From the NCBI GenBank assembly GCA_964016885.1, contig OZ024741.1, positions 331,948,001 to 332,012,000 of the forward strand: a stretch of DNA of 64,000 bases, written 5' to 3'. This DNA is from Eledone cirrhosa (Eukaryota). Both the position numbers and the translations under genes were made by a program. Shown here piece after piece: positions 28,823 to 41,732 of the stretch. How positions within the stretch are numbered: the first letter of the stretch is position 1; every line of letters begins with the position of its first letter. The notes beneath the pieces were generated by a model. It was not told the DNA's origin, searched no databases, and saw nothing but the letters and a program-made list of their open reading frames with translations.

Positions 28823-29082
28823 AAAATCCCGCCAAGGTTAACTTTGCCTTTCATCCTTACGGGGGTTGATGAAATAAAGTACCAGTAATGCACTGGGTAA
28901 TTGCTGGCCTTGTGCCAAAAGTAGAAACAATTATTATATATCTTTATACGTCCCTTTACGGTCTGAGTTCAAATCCCGCCAAGGTTTACTTTGCCTTTCA
29001 TCCTTATGGGGTCGATAAAATAAAGTACCAGTAATGTACTGGATAATTGTTGGCCTTGTGCCAAAAAACTAGAAACAATTAT
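28823..29082 (+). mobile_element. Two tandem 5'-truncated Meta-SINEs
   Basis: Two GCCTTTCATCCTTA.GGGG..GAT.AAATAAAGTACCAG units. Confidence 0.85.
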
Positions 29083-29257
29083 ATATCTATATATAAAAGT
29101 TAAAACAGAAAACAAAAACAATAACGAAGAGTGCAGTACAAAGTGTTCGTATTAGGTCACGCTTGAGAGTGGGGGGGGGGGGGGATTTATATATATATAA
29201 ACCTTTAATAAGTACTCGATACTTGGGAAAGTAGAGTGTCTCAAGCACTAACTATTT

Positions 29258-29298
<41 letters not shown>

Positions 29299-29336
29299 TA
29301 TATATATATACGTATATATATATATATATATATAGA

Positions 29337-30345
29337 AAGATTTGAATGGATACAGTTTAGTTGAAAGGAATTTATTGACACGTGTTTCTATAACAGTTAC
29401 ATAACCTAAAACAGCTATCTACAAACTTTTAGTTATGCAGACATTCAATATTTCAATGTTATTATTTACTGTCATTTCATCAGAATAATATTACTGAGGA
29501 CCTATTTAGTTTTTATAGAGAATATTAGGAGGGAGGGGTGAAGTTGTTAGAAGAATAGTTGAAGGAGTGGTTTTTCGATAGCAGTGAGAATTCTTGGTGG
29601 CAGTGAGTAATTAGATTCCCATCTGTTGTTTTGACATTTTTTATAGAATATATTATTGGTTATTTTTCTAAATCTATAGAAGGATTAGAGATAGTAAAGA
29701 TATGCGTATATATATTTGGGAAGGGTCCTGTATACTTATACCTGTGTTCATCCCTCTCATATATCCAATTATATTACATGGCTCAGAAAGATTCCCTTCT
29801 TTGAGCTATTTAATTGTAAAAGACTATTTTGAGTTTTTAACTCAATCTATGATATTCTCAGCTCCGTATGTAGAGCTAACTTTAGTCTCATAAACCCAGC
29901 TGCTATTTTTAGCGGCATGAGTATGGGACGCGCTAGGCACTGTAACATGTGCGTTTATACCTGTGCATCGTTCAGTCTTCTTAGATCCTTTGAAGTGAAA
30001 GGTACGAATTTTCCTGGATACCCACAGAAGAGCACAGGAATTCTAGCTTTCACTTAATAATTCTTGCAAAACAGATTTATGTCTGTCTGGGTATCATAGG
30101 CTATTTGCCCGATATAGGTTTGTTATTTTTATTGATTTATTATGTTAAATCGAGTCAGGAAAACCATATTGTTTTAAATTAGTATTTTTCAGCTAACTTG
30201 GTCATTTTCAATTGGAACACATGTATACTTATATCTGTGTTATCCTGCTCATATATCCAATTATATTACATGGCCCGAAAAGATTTCCTTCTTTGAGCTA
30301 TTTAATTGTAAAAGACTATTTTGAGATTTTAACTCAATCTATGTT
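29337..30345 (-). mobile_element. Probable PLE-derived non-coding element flanked by (TA)n
   Basis: HHR ~35 nt from the 3' end. ~120-bp internal direct repeat (29731-29851 / 30225-30343). No convincing ORF. Confidence 0.5.
29372..29488 (-). ncRNA. Type I hammerhead ribozyme with extended, branched stem II
   Basis: Minus strand: TTATT-CTGATGA-AATGACAGT...ACTGTTATA-GAAA-CACGT-GTC-AATAA. Palindromic stem III ACACGTGT and GUC triplet. Confidence 0.75.
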
Positions 30346-30492
30346 ATATATATATATATATATATTTTTTTAGGGAATGTAACATCCAGTTGCTGTAGTT
30401 TCACCAGAGTGAGCACTCAATGTGTAGTTTCCATTAAGTATAGTGGTTAGTACTAAGCAGAGTGTAATAATAATATATATATGTGTATATAT

Positions 30493-30673
30493 ATTTGAAA
30501 AAATGGAAGCATGACATCAAGGGTCGCTGTTGTTCTTTAATAATTCAAATCTTTACAATAACGGTTTATTGTAAAGATTTGAATTATTAAAGAACATCAA
30601 CTGCCATTCATGTCATTTTTCCCTTTTTACAAATTTATTTTACTGTACCAAGTAATTCCCTTCATCTTCTACT
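30493..30673 (+). mobile_element. Fold-back mini-element in (TA)n
   Basis: Perfect core TGTTCTTTAATAATTCAAATCTTTACAATAA...TTATTGTAAAGATTTGAATTATTAAAGAACA, with diverged outer arms and a tail. Confidence 0.75.
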
Positions 30674-31330
30674 ATATATATATATATATATTGTACTGCC
30701 TCTCTGTTCTGTCCCTGTTCAATTTTTCATTATATATATATATATATATATATATATAAGTCAATGATTTCAGAACAGTTTCTGCTTAACTAATTTCACT
30801 GACAAAGCACTGCTCAATGCAAGACGCTGGAAGATTCATCCACAAGGTGCCACACAGTGGAATCAAACAGCAGCCATTTCATTTCTCTTCATTAAAGCTC
30901 AATGAATAGCAAAAACCCTCTTGACCTTTACACACCAGGCTTGCACTCAGCTCTGTATCACTTCTTCATACTTGGAATATTAATAAATTATGCTATCATT
31001 ATGTTTTCAGTTCTGCACCAAGTTCCTAGCTTTTTATACACAGAATCTAGTGAATATTACCATTGCCATGCATCAATAAACACACAGTAAAAGAGATACA
31101 GGAAGGACACAAAAAGAAAGGGGAGTGATTAACATCATAGAATGGATAGGAGTGAGGTGGGGTGAAGGTCACATTAATAAAATTGGTGGAGAAAGAAGGT
31201 GGCGGGTAGATAACTTGCAAATATGGAGTAGTTGGCAAGTCACATCTCTTGTGGTGTAACTATGGTCTCAATCAACAAAACATTTGGATTTTGATTGATT
31301 GAATTATATGTGTGTGCATGTATGCATGTG

Positions 31331-31428
<98 letters not shown>

Positions 31429-31568
31429 ATATATAGGTGTGTGTGTTTCTATATTTACATTTGTACCTATGTCTGTGTTTATATCCTGTAACTGAACAGT
31501 TTGATAAAAATTCAATAGAATAAGACTTGAAAGAAAATAGATACTCGGGTTGATGTGAGTAACTAAAT

Positions 31569-31996
31569 TAACCCTTTACCATTTAAATGGCCATATCTGC
31601 CCAGTATTCTCTCACCTCTTTCTGCTCAAACTGGCTGTAACTGGCCGCATTAAGGTATTGTTCTCAAAATAAAGAGGATTGATCGACTTTCGTCAAATCG
31701 GACCGAGGAAACAATGTTTCCATTGGTCTTTCCAATTGCTAATACTATCTATCGGTCGCAACTCCAGGTAAAAGGAGCAACATGAAATAAAGTGCCTTGC
31801 ATCGCCCAGTCCAGGAATCGAACTCACAACTTCAAGATTGTGAATCCAATTCTCTAACCACTCAGCCACATGCCTTCTCAAAATAAAAAACATCAAAATC
31901 TCATAGATTCGATATTATGTGTGATAATTATGTGAGATAAAGCCTTTACTGTGAAAATACAATAGTATATATAGAAAAATGTAAATGCTAAAGAGT
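31569..31996. mobile_element. piggyBac-like MITE with a nested CORE-type SINE (31670-31878)
   Basis: TTAA|CCCTTTACCATTT ... AAATGCTAAAGAG. Reverse homologue of 58790-58986. The SINE is flanked by a TTCTCAAAATAAA duplication. Confidence 0.65.
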
Positions 31997-32625
31997 TATG
32001 GCAGGGCCCCAGCATGGCCACAATCTAATAACTGAAATCAGTAAAAGAATAATATATATACACACACAAACACATATATATGTACATAGAGACACACACA
32101 TATATATGTACATACACATACATAAATATATGATAAAGCAATATAGTTGATGGTCTGCATTTTTTTGCACAGTGCAGCCACTGAGACGAGCAAGTCACTA
32201 ATGCACTTACTTGATCAGTCTATGTTGTGTAAATCATTGTATAGGAAAATGTGCAATTCCACTCTTTATAAATCAGCTACATTAAGCACTTTGAGTACAG
32301 ATTTACACATTTAATATATTTAAATCTTGTCTCACTGAGTGAATCATGAGTCAAACATGGTGTATTGAATATTTCAGTCTATAACCCTATTTGAACATAA
32401 ACAATCATCATCATCATCATCCTCATCATATTCGTTTAACGCCCATCTTCAATGTTAGCATGGGTTGGACGGGTTTGTCCCACTTGAGGCAAGATTGGTC
32501 GGGTGACTGAGTCTTGCTCATACAGAACTGTTTCTGGCAGGTTTTCTTTGGCTGGATGCCCTTCCTAACACCAACCACATTTGTGAGTGTGTGTGTGTGT
32601 ATAAATTAACTGTTGTGGAACTACT

Positions 32626-32660
<35 letters not shown>

Positions 32661-33222
32661 ATATAAATATAAATATAAATATATATATGTATATATATGT
32701 CTGTATATATATATTCTGTATCCTGATAAGATTCTGAGAGATATAATTAAGTATGTAACTAATTAATTTTGTCAATTTGCATTGCATTTGTTAATTAGTC
32801 AAAATAAATGATTTTAACTGAGTAAAGCCAAATAACATCACCTACAATTATATAGGTGCAACTTCATCGAGCTTTAAATTAAGATTTTCTAATCATAAGC
32901 ACTCTTTTTTGAATCCGGATAAGAAATTTTCTACTTCTTTAACACAACTTATATGGTCGTTAAAAGACAAAAATTTAAAATACTCAATATTTTGGTCCAA
33001 ACTTTGCAATAGTCAAGTCTACTTGAATTCTTCAATTTCTCCTAACTGCAATCTTTGTAATATGGAAACCCTATTAATAATAGCTAATTATGGTAACTTA
33101 ATTAACAAAAAAAGTGAATTATTCTCAAATTGCCTGCACAAATCCGCATCTACTTTCCAAGCATCACATAAAATCAGGAAAAAACATTGACTAAACGTGA
33201 AATGATTTAGACTTTTATTAAT

Positions 33223-33407
33223 TGTTTCTACTTTAGGCACAAGGCCAGCAAATACCCAGTACATTACTGGTACTTTATTTTATCGACCCCGTAAGGATGA
33301 AAGGCAAAGTTAACCTCGGCGGGATTTGAACTCAGACTGTAAAGGGACGTAACTATGCTAGAAAGCATGGCGTCCAACCCTCTACCGACACTGCCAATTC
33401 ACCGCCC
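33223..33407 (-). mobile_element. Full-length tRNA/Meta-domain SINE with 20-bp TSD
   Basis: TSD TGATTTAGACTTTTATTAAT at 33203-33222 and 33408-33427. Head GGGCGGTGAATTGGCAGTGTCGG, B-box GAGTTCAAATCC. Confidence 0.92.
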
Positions 33408-34706
33408 TGATTTAGACTTTTATTAATAATACCGTGCGAGAAACGATATTGTCTGAGATTAATAATTCTTGTAATGCTTTTATTATTTATGCTATTATTA
33501 ATATTGGTTTCTACCTAAATACAGAAATTGTTAACTTGCTCTCTTAAAGAGTATGTTTAACCTCTAGATTGTTTAAATACATTTAATTTTGGTTTTGTAT
33601 TCTTTAAATCTTGTATCTTATATATTTGATACCTGTAATGTCTTCAGACTTGTAAACTGTTTAATTACTTTGAATGTTTGTTTATGTCTCATGAGGATAT
33701 GGTTTTACATTTTTAGTATAAAAGTTTCGTTAGATCTAAGTTGATAAATTATCTGTACTTAACTTGATGTAGAATTTTGAATACAGTAAAATCTAGTTAA
33801 ATCAAATTTATAACATTCTTAATTATAACTAATAATTAATATTATATATAATTGACAAATATCGACTTAAACCCTAAACCTTATAATTTATATATAAATT
33901 ATACAAATGCGTATATCTAAATAAATCTGGTTTAATAATATCTTATTAAATACATTTATAAGCTTTATGGTTAGTCAATAACATTTTGTAATTTTAATTC
34001 TTTCTAACTAAATTATTGACTATATTTTTTAATTTAAATATACTCTTGATTACCCTTGGAGTTATGATAAACTTTAATTTATCTCTTTCATGTTACATTT
34101 GCTTTAACTTTGATACAATAATATAGATTCTTTCAAATTTTATAGTCTAAAATTTCAAGTTATTTAATTAATTGATTATTTCTAATTAACTTAAGATTTG
34201 AAAATAAATGGTCACACATCATATACCTAGATCTTCCTTCCCCTATGTAATTATATGTTATTTATACGTTACCATAAGTATCTTCCTTTCTTCGTTTTTA
34301 CTATTAAACCTACTTCCTTTTCTTCTCTCTATCCTTTGATTACCTCTCTCGCTATCTCACATATCTCCCTTTCTTTGTTTTTATTATCAAATCTATTCCT
34401 TTTCTCGCTCTCCTCCGGTTAGCTTTTTTCGCTCTTTCGCTTGCTCTATCTACAATACGGAGGTATGAATATTTTATTATTTAAATTTTTAACAGTTAAG
34501 TAGTTTTATGTGTTATATTTATTATTATTTATTTATTACTATATATTTTTATATTTTTATACACTATCTCATACGTACCCTCTGTATCGTATGTAATTTT
34601 TCATGTTTCAACTTAAGGTATATAAATATTGAGTTTTGTCATAACTAATCACTGCCATGACTGAATTTTAACCGTCAACACAGTCAAGGTATGTCAGACA
34701 TCAATT

Positions 34707-34772
34707 TATTTTATCTGATGAGGACGTACTCTTGAAATAGCTCAGTACCTCTGAAATATGTATAATAAAATA
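34707..34772 (+). ncRNA. Type I hammerhead ribozyme at the PLE 3' end
   Basis: TATTTTAT-CTGATGA (34715-21)-GGACGTACT...AGTACCTCT-GAAA (34753-56)-TATGT-ATA-ATAAAATA. 8-bp stem I, AUA triplet, predicted cut after 34764. Confidence 0.8.
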
Positions 34773-34814
34773 TATTTGATCACATGAATGTCTATATTTA
34801 TTAATATTTTGAAG

Positions 34815-34873
<59 letters not shown>

Positions 34874-34880
<7 letters not shown>

Positions 34881-35348
34881 TAATAAAAACAATGAAATAA
34901 GAACAAAGGACAGGTTACTTATATCAAAAAATTCATAATTTTACGATCGTTTCTGTTGGTATGTATATCATGTTTAAGATCTATGTAAAAATATTACAAA
35001 TTATCAGAGAAAATATACATACCTTCACATATACATATATTTTCTCTGATAATTATATTTTCTCTGATAATTTGTAATATTTTTACATAGATCTTAAACA
35101 TGATATACATACCAACATACATATACATCGCAGAAACGATCGTAAAATGATTAATTTTTTGATATAAGGAACTTGTTCTTTGTTTCTATTTCATTGTTTT
35201 TATTAATTTATCTCAACACTGTTTTCCTGACTTTTATCGTAATTTTTTGAATGCATCTTCTCTTTTTATGATATTTTCTATATTGGGATTACATTGAGTT
35301 CTTCATATGGATTGGACACTACCATATATTTTGGTATATTTATCTACA
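34874..35348 (+). mobile_element. Large fold-back element (~140-bp arms) with half-hammerhead GAAACGATCGTA
   Basis: Left arm 34874-35016 is the reverse complement of ~35056-35211. Palindromic stem III ACGATCGT plus A. ~135-nt tail into (TA)n. Confidence 0.75.
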
Positions 35349-35360
35349 TATATATATATA

Positions 35361-35556
35361 TAACGAAGGAAATGTGGTAAGGAACCAGGTGGACCATAAC
35401 GCACCAAAGTACTCAATACTTAGGGTAGTAGAGTGGGTAATAGGAACGAGTAGGACCCCGACGGCTGAGCTCAAGCCGTTTCGACGTCTAATTCTGGACT
35501 CAGAATTAGCCGTCGAAATGGCTTGAGCTCAGCCGTCGGGGTCCTACTCGTTCCTA
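35361..35556 (-). mobile_element. Family A fold-back element retaining the whole stem II hairpin
   Basis: Centre GACGTCTAATTCT-GGACTC-AGAATTAGCCGTC (35483-35514), flanked by TTTC and GAAA. Confidence 0.85.
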
Positions 35557-35567
35557 TATATATATAT

Positions 35568-36078
35568 AGACCCGCCTTACCTAAATACAAAGTAAAACCT
35601 ACTAGTCAGTAGGCATCTCTAACAAAATACACCCCCGTCCCACCCCATCCACACCGCCCCCTTCAATGCAAAGTTATGTTGATGCCACAACATCCAGGCC
35701 AAAACAAATGAGATCGTGTAGGTGTCACGACAAAAAACACACAGTCCACGCTGTAATGTGGCCGTGTAGGCAACACAGTAAAAACCTCCCAGTCTCACAC
35801 TGTAAATGTGGTTGGTGTTAGGAAGGGCATCCAGCTGTAGAAAACACGCCAGACAGTCCACGCTGTAATGTGGCCATGTAGGCAACACGGTAAAAACCTC
35901 CCAGCCCCACACTGTAAATGTGGTTGGTGTTAGGAAGGGCATCCAGCTGTAGAAAACCCGCCAGACAGTCCTATGCGAGCAAGACAACCACTCTTTCCTC
36001 AAGTGGGAAAACCCTCGTCCAAACCCATGCAAGCGTGGAACAGGGACGTTAAACGATGATGATGATGATGATGATGAT
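35568..36078 (+). mobile_element. RTE 3'UTR fragment with internal ~110-bp duplication
   Basis: Matches 48800-49215. (GAT)n tail. Confidence 0.85.
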
Positions 36079-36122
36079 ATATATGTATATATATGTCTGT
36101 ATATACATATGTATATATATGT

Positions 36123-36166
<44 letters not shown>

Positions 36167-36169
36167 TTC

Positions 36170-37662
36170 TGTATACACAAGGTAAACAGAAAATACAACA
36201 CAATTGGTACAGTATATGGAAGGGATATATTAGGTTGACGCTTGAAATAGCAGGAAGAGGGTCTTAACGTTTTGGACTCTAGTCCTTCATCGGAAGAAAG
36301 AATGAGAAATAAGATAGATTGAGGGGACGGGCGGGATGGAATTGGAAAAAAATGTCTTTAGATAAAAATAACAGGTCCATTCATGTTGACATCTCTTGCA
36401 AAACTGTTGGTGTTGGCGTTTTGTGTATGATTTATTTTTTAGAAAAGTGGATGAGGGAGCGCGTCTACCTGAAATGGGAAAAAAAACGTTTTGTAAAAAG
36501 AGCTATACTTGAGCACGTGCGTAATCATGTGTTTGTGTGTGTGTGTTATTATACGTGCGTACGAAGCTAAGAAGAAATGTGTGTGTGTATATGTGAGTAA
36601 AAGAGTGTGTGTGCATGTAAGTACGAAGCTATGAGCAAAAGTATGTTAATATATGGGTGTGTATGTGTGTATATAGAGCAGTGAAGGGAAAAGTGGAGTG
36701 AGCATATATATAGTTGGCATGTATTAGTTGTAAGAGAAGCTGCTAGTGATCAAGAGAAAGCGATAGGAATCTAGGCGTGTGATAATGGACGGGGTATTAG
36801 AGAAATAGGGGAGGTGAGTTGAGTCCAAGAAGGGAATAGGACCCAAGGCAGTGAATCAGACTTTGTTCAGTCCTGGTACACTAGGCCTGTGATCCATAAT
36901 GTAAAAGGACACCCAGGACTGAAACATGTAGGGTAGAATGACCAGGAGAACAGAAATGACGGGCGACAAGAGTATCCAAACCGAGTCGTATGTCCCTCAA
37001 ATGTTCGGCAAAACGGTCCGGCATACAGTGTCCCATTTTTCCGATATATAAAGACCCGCAAAGGGAACACCGGACGGCATAGACAACGTGGGTGGATGTG
37101 CAGGTGAAGGAATGGCGGATACGGAAAGACCCGTTAGGGCCTGTAAGAGTGGTGAGGGGGGTAAATAAAGGGACAAGTGTTGCAGCGGAAACGGGAACAA
37201 GGATGAGAGCTGAGTGGAGTCATGGGAGAGGACAAAAACGAACTGTGTACCAGGAGGTGGCAGAGGTTGCATGTGTGCTTAAAAGCAGTAATGGGTGGGT
37301 TTGGAAAAAAGGGAGAAGTGATGTGGTCAGAAGAGAGGATACGGAAGGAACGGAGGATATGTCGCCGGAGTGGTAGGGTGATGGGGTGGTAGGTGAGAGG
37401 GATAGGAACACGGGTGTTGGGAGGGTGGGGGTGAGGTGAGAGGGCTGTGGTGTGGTCTGGTTCACAGGCATGGGTGAGAGCAGCTTGGATCAGGGTGGGG
37501 GGATATCCACGCTGGATGAAGCAGGAAGCCATGCAAAGGGAATGGGTTTCGAAATCGTCGTCCTGGTTACAGAGTTGACGAAGACGGAGGAATTGGAAAT
37601 AGGGTATGGAGTGTTTGGTGTGGTTTGGATGGGAGGAGGTGAAGTCGAGATAAACGAAGATA
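36170..37662 (-). mobile_element. Penelope-like retroelement, 5'-truncated (RT C-terminus, Cys-rich linker, GIY-YIG, 3'UTR, decayed HHR)
   Basis: The minus strand encodes YLDFTSSHP.HTKHSIPYFQFLRLRQLC...FIQRGYP...LTYHP...PCSRFRCNTC...FTCTSTHVVYAVRCSLCGSLYIG...RFAEHLRDI, with frameshifts. Decayed HHR TCTT-CCGATGA-AGGACTAGAGTCC-AAAA-CGTT-AAGA at 36262-36297. Confidence 0.9.
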
Positions 37663-37713
37663 GAATAAGGAAATACAAAGTAGTTTCAGATGTTAAAGAC
37701 CTTTCTTGATAAG

Positions 37714-37788
37714 GCTGTGATACATATTTCAACGACGATATTGGTCACGTGATTCCGCGTACCCAGTGCCATGATCTCATCAGACAGC
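37714..37788 (-). ncRNA. Type I hammerhead ribozyme with 21-bp stem II
   Basis: Minus strand: GCTGT-CTGATGA-GATCATGGCACTGGGTACGCG-GAAT-CACGTGACCAATATCGTCGTT-GAAA-TATGT-ATC-ACAGC. AUC triplet. Confidence 0.8.
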
Positions 37789-38912
37789 TTCTTACATAAT
37801 AAGGTTACTTTCCCAAGGCAATCCAAATTGAAATGACAAGGGAACAGACAAATATGATGTTCTTGAAGCCTTCCACCCGTTCCCCTGTATTCCCTCATTC
37901 TAAACATACTCTGTCATTTCTATATGGAAAAAGTACATTGAGTGCTTCAATTGAATTGCATCAATATTTACCACAAGCAAGGAAAAGTAGATGTAAAATG
38001 GTGGTGATGATGATGATGATGATGATGATATATATATATATACGTATATGTGTGCGTGTGTGTGTTTATATTTAGGTCTAAATATCATTGTTGTTTATAT
38101 TGTGTCCCTTTAACTGCCATAACTAAGTTAGCCAGATTTGGAAGTGAGTAGTACTCAGGTATCTACATACATACAATCTAACCCAAATCATTGAAGGCCA
38201 TGGCCCATGCCCTAGCATATTTTAACTGCTCAGAATCCAATAACACAAAATGACAGAGAAACTTCTAGAAAAAAAACTAAAAACTAAAACTAAAAATAAA
38301 ATAAAATGAAATAAAATAAAAAAGACTTCATTTGAGCAATAGTGTGAAAGTAAGTGTAAAATTGTTCTTCACAATGTTGGCCTGGGTTAGATTAATTCCA
38401 TATAATTTATACCATTGAAAGTAACTGCTAGAGCTTAACAGGCCTGTCTTGTTTGGGGACCAGATCTATCTTTTCTGTGGCCATTAGCTTGACCAGTTTT
38501 GCAGTAAAGAATCCTTATAGTCTCTCTCCTGTCTTCCCCTCTCTCCCTCTCTCTCTACTTCTCAGCCTCCTCCTTATCCTTTTCCTCCCCAAATAATTCC
38601 CTACTTTATCAAGATTGTCTCTTCAAGAACTTTGGCATGATTAATGAGTACCAAACTTGTCTTGTTTCTCTCCCTTTGTGTGTGTAGGGAGGTGTGTATA
38701 GGTGTGTGTGTGCAGGTGTGTTTGTGTATGTGAATGTGTTTGAAAAAGAGAGAAAATTGTGCATTTCCTCTCTGACTCTCTTTCTCTCTCTCTCCCTCTA
38801 TCTCTCTCTCTCTATATATATATACCCCCTGAAAGTGTGGTGTGTGCCAGCATTGCATGTGTGTGTATGAGTAAAATCAAGAGATAATGTGCATGTAAGT
38901 AGCCCACCTCTG

Positions 38913-38946
<34 letters not shown>

Positions 38947-39410
38947 ACTGTCCATGTGTGTGTGTGTATATGCATATGCATATGTGTGTGTGCATGTGTG
39001 AAGGTGTATATATATATATATATATACAGGTTTACTGTAGATCTATGAATTTAGAAGGAATCATGTAAACGTTTTGAAGTGTGTAAAGAGTATTTTTCTC
39101 ACAGTTTATTTGAAAAGAACACAAGAAGCAATCTGTGTGTGAGAGAGAGTATGTGTGTGATGACATGTGTGTGTGTGTGTGTGTATCTTTTCAATGCTAA
39201 GCTCATTTGATGGGAAGACAAGAACTTATATCTATCTCTATCTATCTAACTACCTTAGACAGTTAATACACATATATACACATATACATACATACTACGC
39301 ACATACACACGTGCTTGTGTGTCTCTGTGTGTGTGCGCGCGCATGCGTGTGTGTGTAAATAAGCAAGTGGGACTGTCAAATATATAAATTTGAACATAGA
39401 TATACCTATG

Positions 39411-39487
<77 letters not shown>

Positions 39488-39534
39488 GCATATATATATT
39501 ATATATATATATATATATATAATATACACACATA

Positions 39535-39576
<42 letters not shown>

Positions 39577-39617
39577 CACACATATATATATTATATATAT
39601 ATATATGTATGTGCATA

Positions 39618-39661
<44 letters not shown>

Positions 39662-39690
39662 CACACATATATATATATGTATGTGTATAT

Positions 39691-39738
<48 letters not shown>

Positions 39739-39743
39739 GTGTA

Positions 39744-39780
<37 letters not shown>

Positions 39781-40667
39781 AAGTCCATCCATTTGGTGGT
39801 GTTGGCCAAAGTAGCAAAGTATGCAGTTAGCAGTCATCAGTGGGAGGAGCGGGGGGGGCAGGAGAGCCAGTGATGAATTGCTCAGGCTTGATTTATTGGC
39901 AGTCCCTTCCATTAATTGTTCAGTTCACCTACTTTGGGCTCAGATTCTCACTCCATTTGCTAACCTCTCCACCCCTACCAGTGTCTCTCTCTATATATAC
40001 CACCACCACCACCACCACCACCACCACTTACACCAATGACCAGACATTACCAACCCCAGCTACCACTACCATCACTGCTGCCACCATGACAATGATCAGG
40101 ACAATGACCACCACCACTATCAACAACAACCAACTACTGCCATCACAATAATCATCATCATCAGGACCACTGACAAAACACAGCTGCCACCTCCACCACC
40201 AAACCAACAACAACAACCACCACCAGCACTACTAACACCACCACCATCACTCCCACCACCACCACCACCACCACCACTAACAGACACTGCCATCACCAAC
40301 ACCCCACCACCGCCTCCACCCCTAACCTCCTATGCCCCCACCACAAGTAACTCCCCTACTACCACCACCGCCTCTCCTACTACTCTCAACACTCCCACTC
40401 TACCATCAACTCCCCTACCACCACCACAACTACCACCCTAAACACCCCCGGGGGGGGGGGACCTAATGTCCACCATACTGTATTTTCCTCCAACTTTAAA
40501 AGAATGGACATTATGTAAGAAAAGAATCAAATTAAGATGGAGGTTAATGCACTGCTCTCCCCCTTTCTCACACCTTCTCTCTCTTTCTCTCTCTAGCATT
40601 GTCTTTCCATCTCCCTTTCTCACAACCATATCCCCATATATATATATAGATGTATGTATATATATAT

Positions 40668-40747
<80 letters not shown>

Positions 40748-40754
<7 letters not shown>

Positions 40755-41196
40755 GGTACTCAGTAACAGAGAAGACCCGCCTTACCTAAATACATAGTAA
40801 AACCTACTACAGCCAGTAGGCATCTCTAACAAAATACCCCCCCCCCCCCCCCCCCCCGTCCCACCACCCCCACCCCATCCACACCACCCCATTCTATGTA
40901 AATTTGTGTTGGTGCCACACCATCCAGGCCGAAACAAATGAGATTGTGTAGGTGTCACGACAAAAATACACACAGTCCATGCTGTAATGTGGCCGTGTAA
41001 GCAACACGGTAAAAACCTCCCAGACCCACACTGTAAATGTGGTTGGTGTTAGGAAGGGCATCCAACTGTAGAAAACCTGCCAGACAGTCCTATGCGAGCA
41101 AGACAATCACTCTTGCCTCAAGTGGGACTACCCCCGTCCAAACCCATGCAAGCGTGGAACACGGACGTTAAACGTTGATGATGATGATGATGATGA

Positions 41197-41200
<4 letters not shown>
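40748..41200 (+). mobile_element. RTE 3' fragment
   Basis: [12 protein letters not shown] followed by a 3'UTR like 48800-49215. Confidence 0.85.
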
Positions 41201-41261
<61 letters not shown>

Positions 41262-41285
41262 ATAATGGAGGCACATGGCTTAGTT

Positions 41286-41608
41286 TAGAGCATTGGCCTT
41301 GCAATCGAAAGGTTGTGAGTTCAATTCTCAGACCGGGTGATGTGTTGTTTCCTTGAGCAAAACACTTTATTTCACATTGCTCCAGTTTACTCAGCTGTAG
41401 AAATGAGATGATAGGGACTGCGGTCCCTATCATTCCACTGCAAAGTGGTCGTGGAGGTGCCACGGCAAAAAAGCACCCAGCACTCACTGTAAATGAGGTT
41501 GGTGTTAGGAAGGGCATCCAGCTGTAGAAATCAAGCCAGAATCAGTTCCCGTCCCACCCTTGCAAGCAGGGAAAAGCGGATGTAAAATGATGATAATGAT
41601 GATGATGA
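41286..41608 (+). mobile_element. tRNA-CORE-RTE-tail composite SINE, full length
   Basis: Head begins ~41266 (A-box TGGCTTAG, B-box GAGTTCAATTC). CORE-like CCTTGAGCAAAACACTT...CTCAGCTGTAGAAATG, RTE 3'UTR block, tail CCCGTCCCACCCTTGCAAGCAGGGAAAAGCGG(ATG)n. Confidence 0.85.
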
Positions 41609-41610
41609 TA

Positions 41611-41702
<92 letters not shown>

Positions 41703-41732
41703 CAGATATATATTTATATATATGTGTATGTA

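Larger units (their letters stand above)
32822..34818 (+). mobile_element. Penelope-like retroelement, 5'-truncated: GIY-YIG endonuclease (32822-33190), long 3'UTR, HHR
   Basis: Frame encodes YNYIGATSSSFKLRFSNHKHSF...TSLTQLIWSLK...CNLCNME...INKKSELFSNCLH*. HHR at 34707-34772. Ends in (TA)n. Confidence 0.85.

Noticed and set aside
30085-30125. TYIGQ on the minus strand as a GIY-YIG motif
   Set aside because: Short match followed by a stop, with no R/H/E/N motif residues.
41266-41340. tRNA gene
   Set aside because: A/B boxes are present but there is no clean cloverleaf, and the sequence continues into a SINE body. The same applies to the other SINE heads and 26200-26300.
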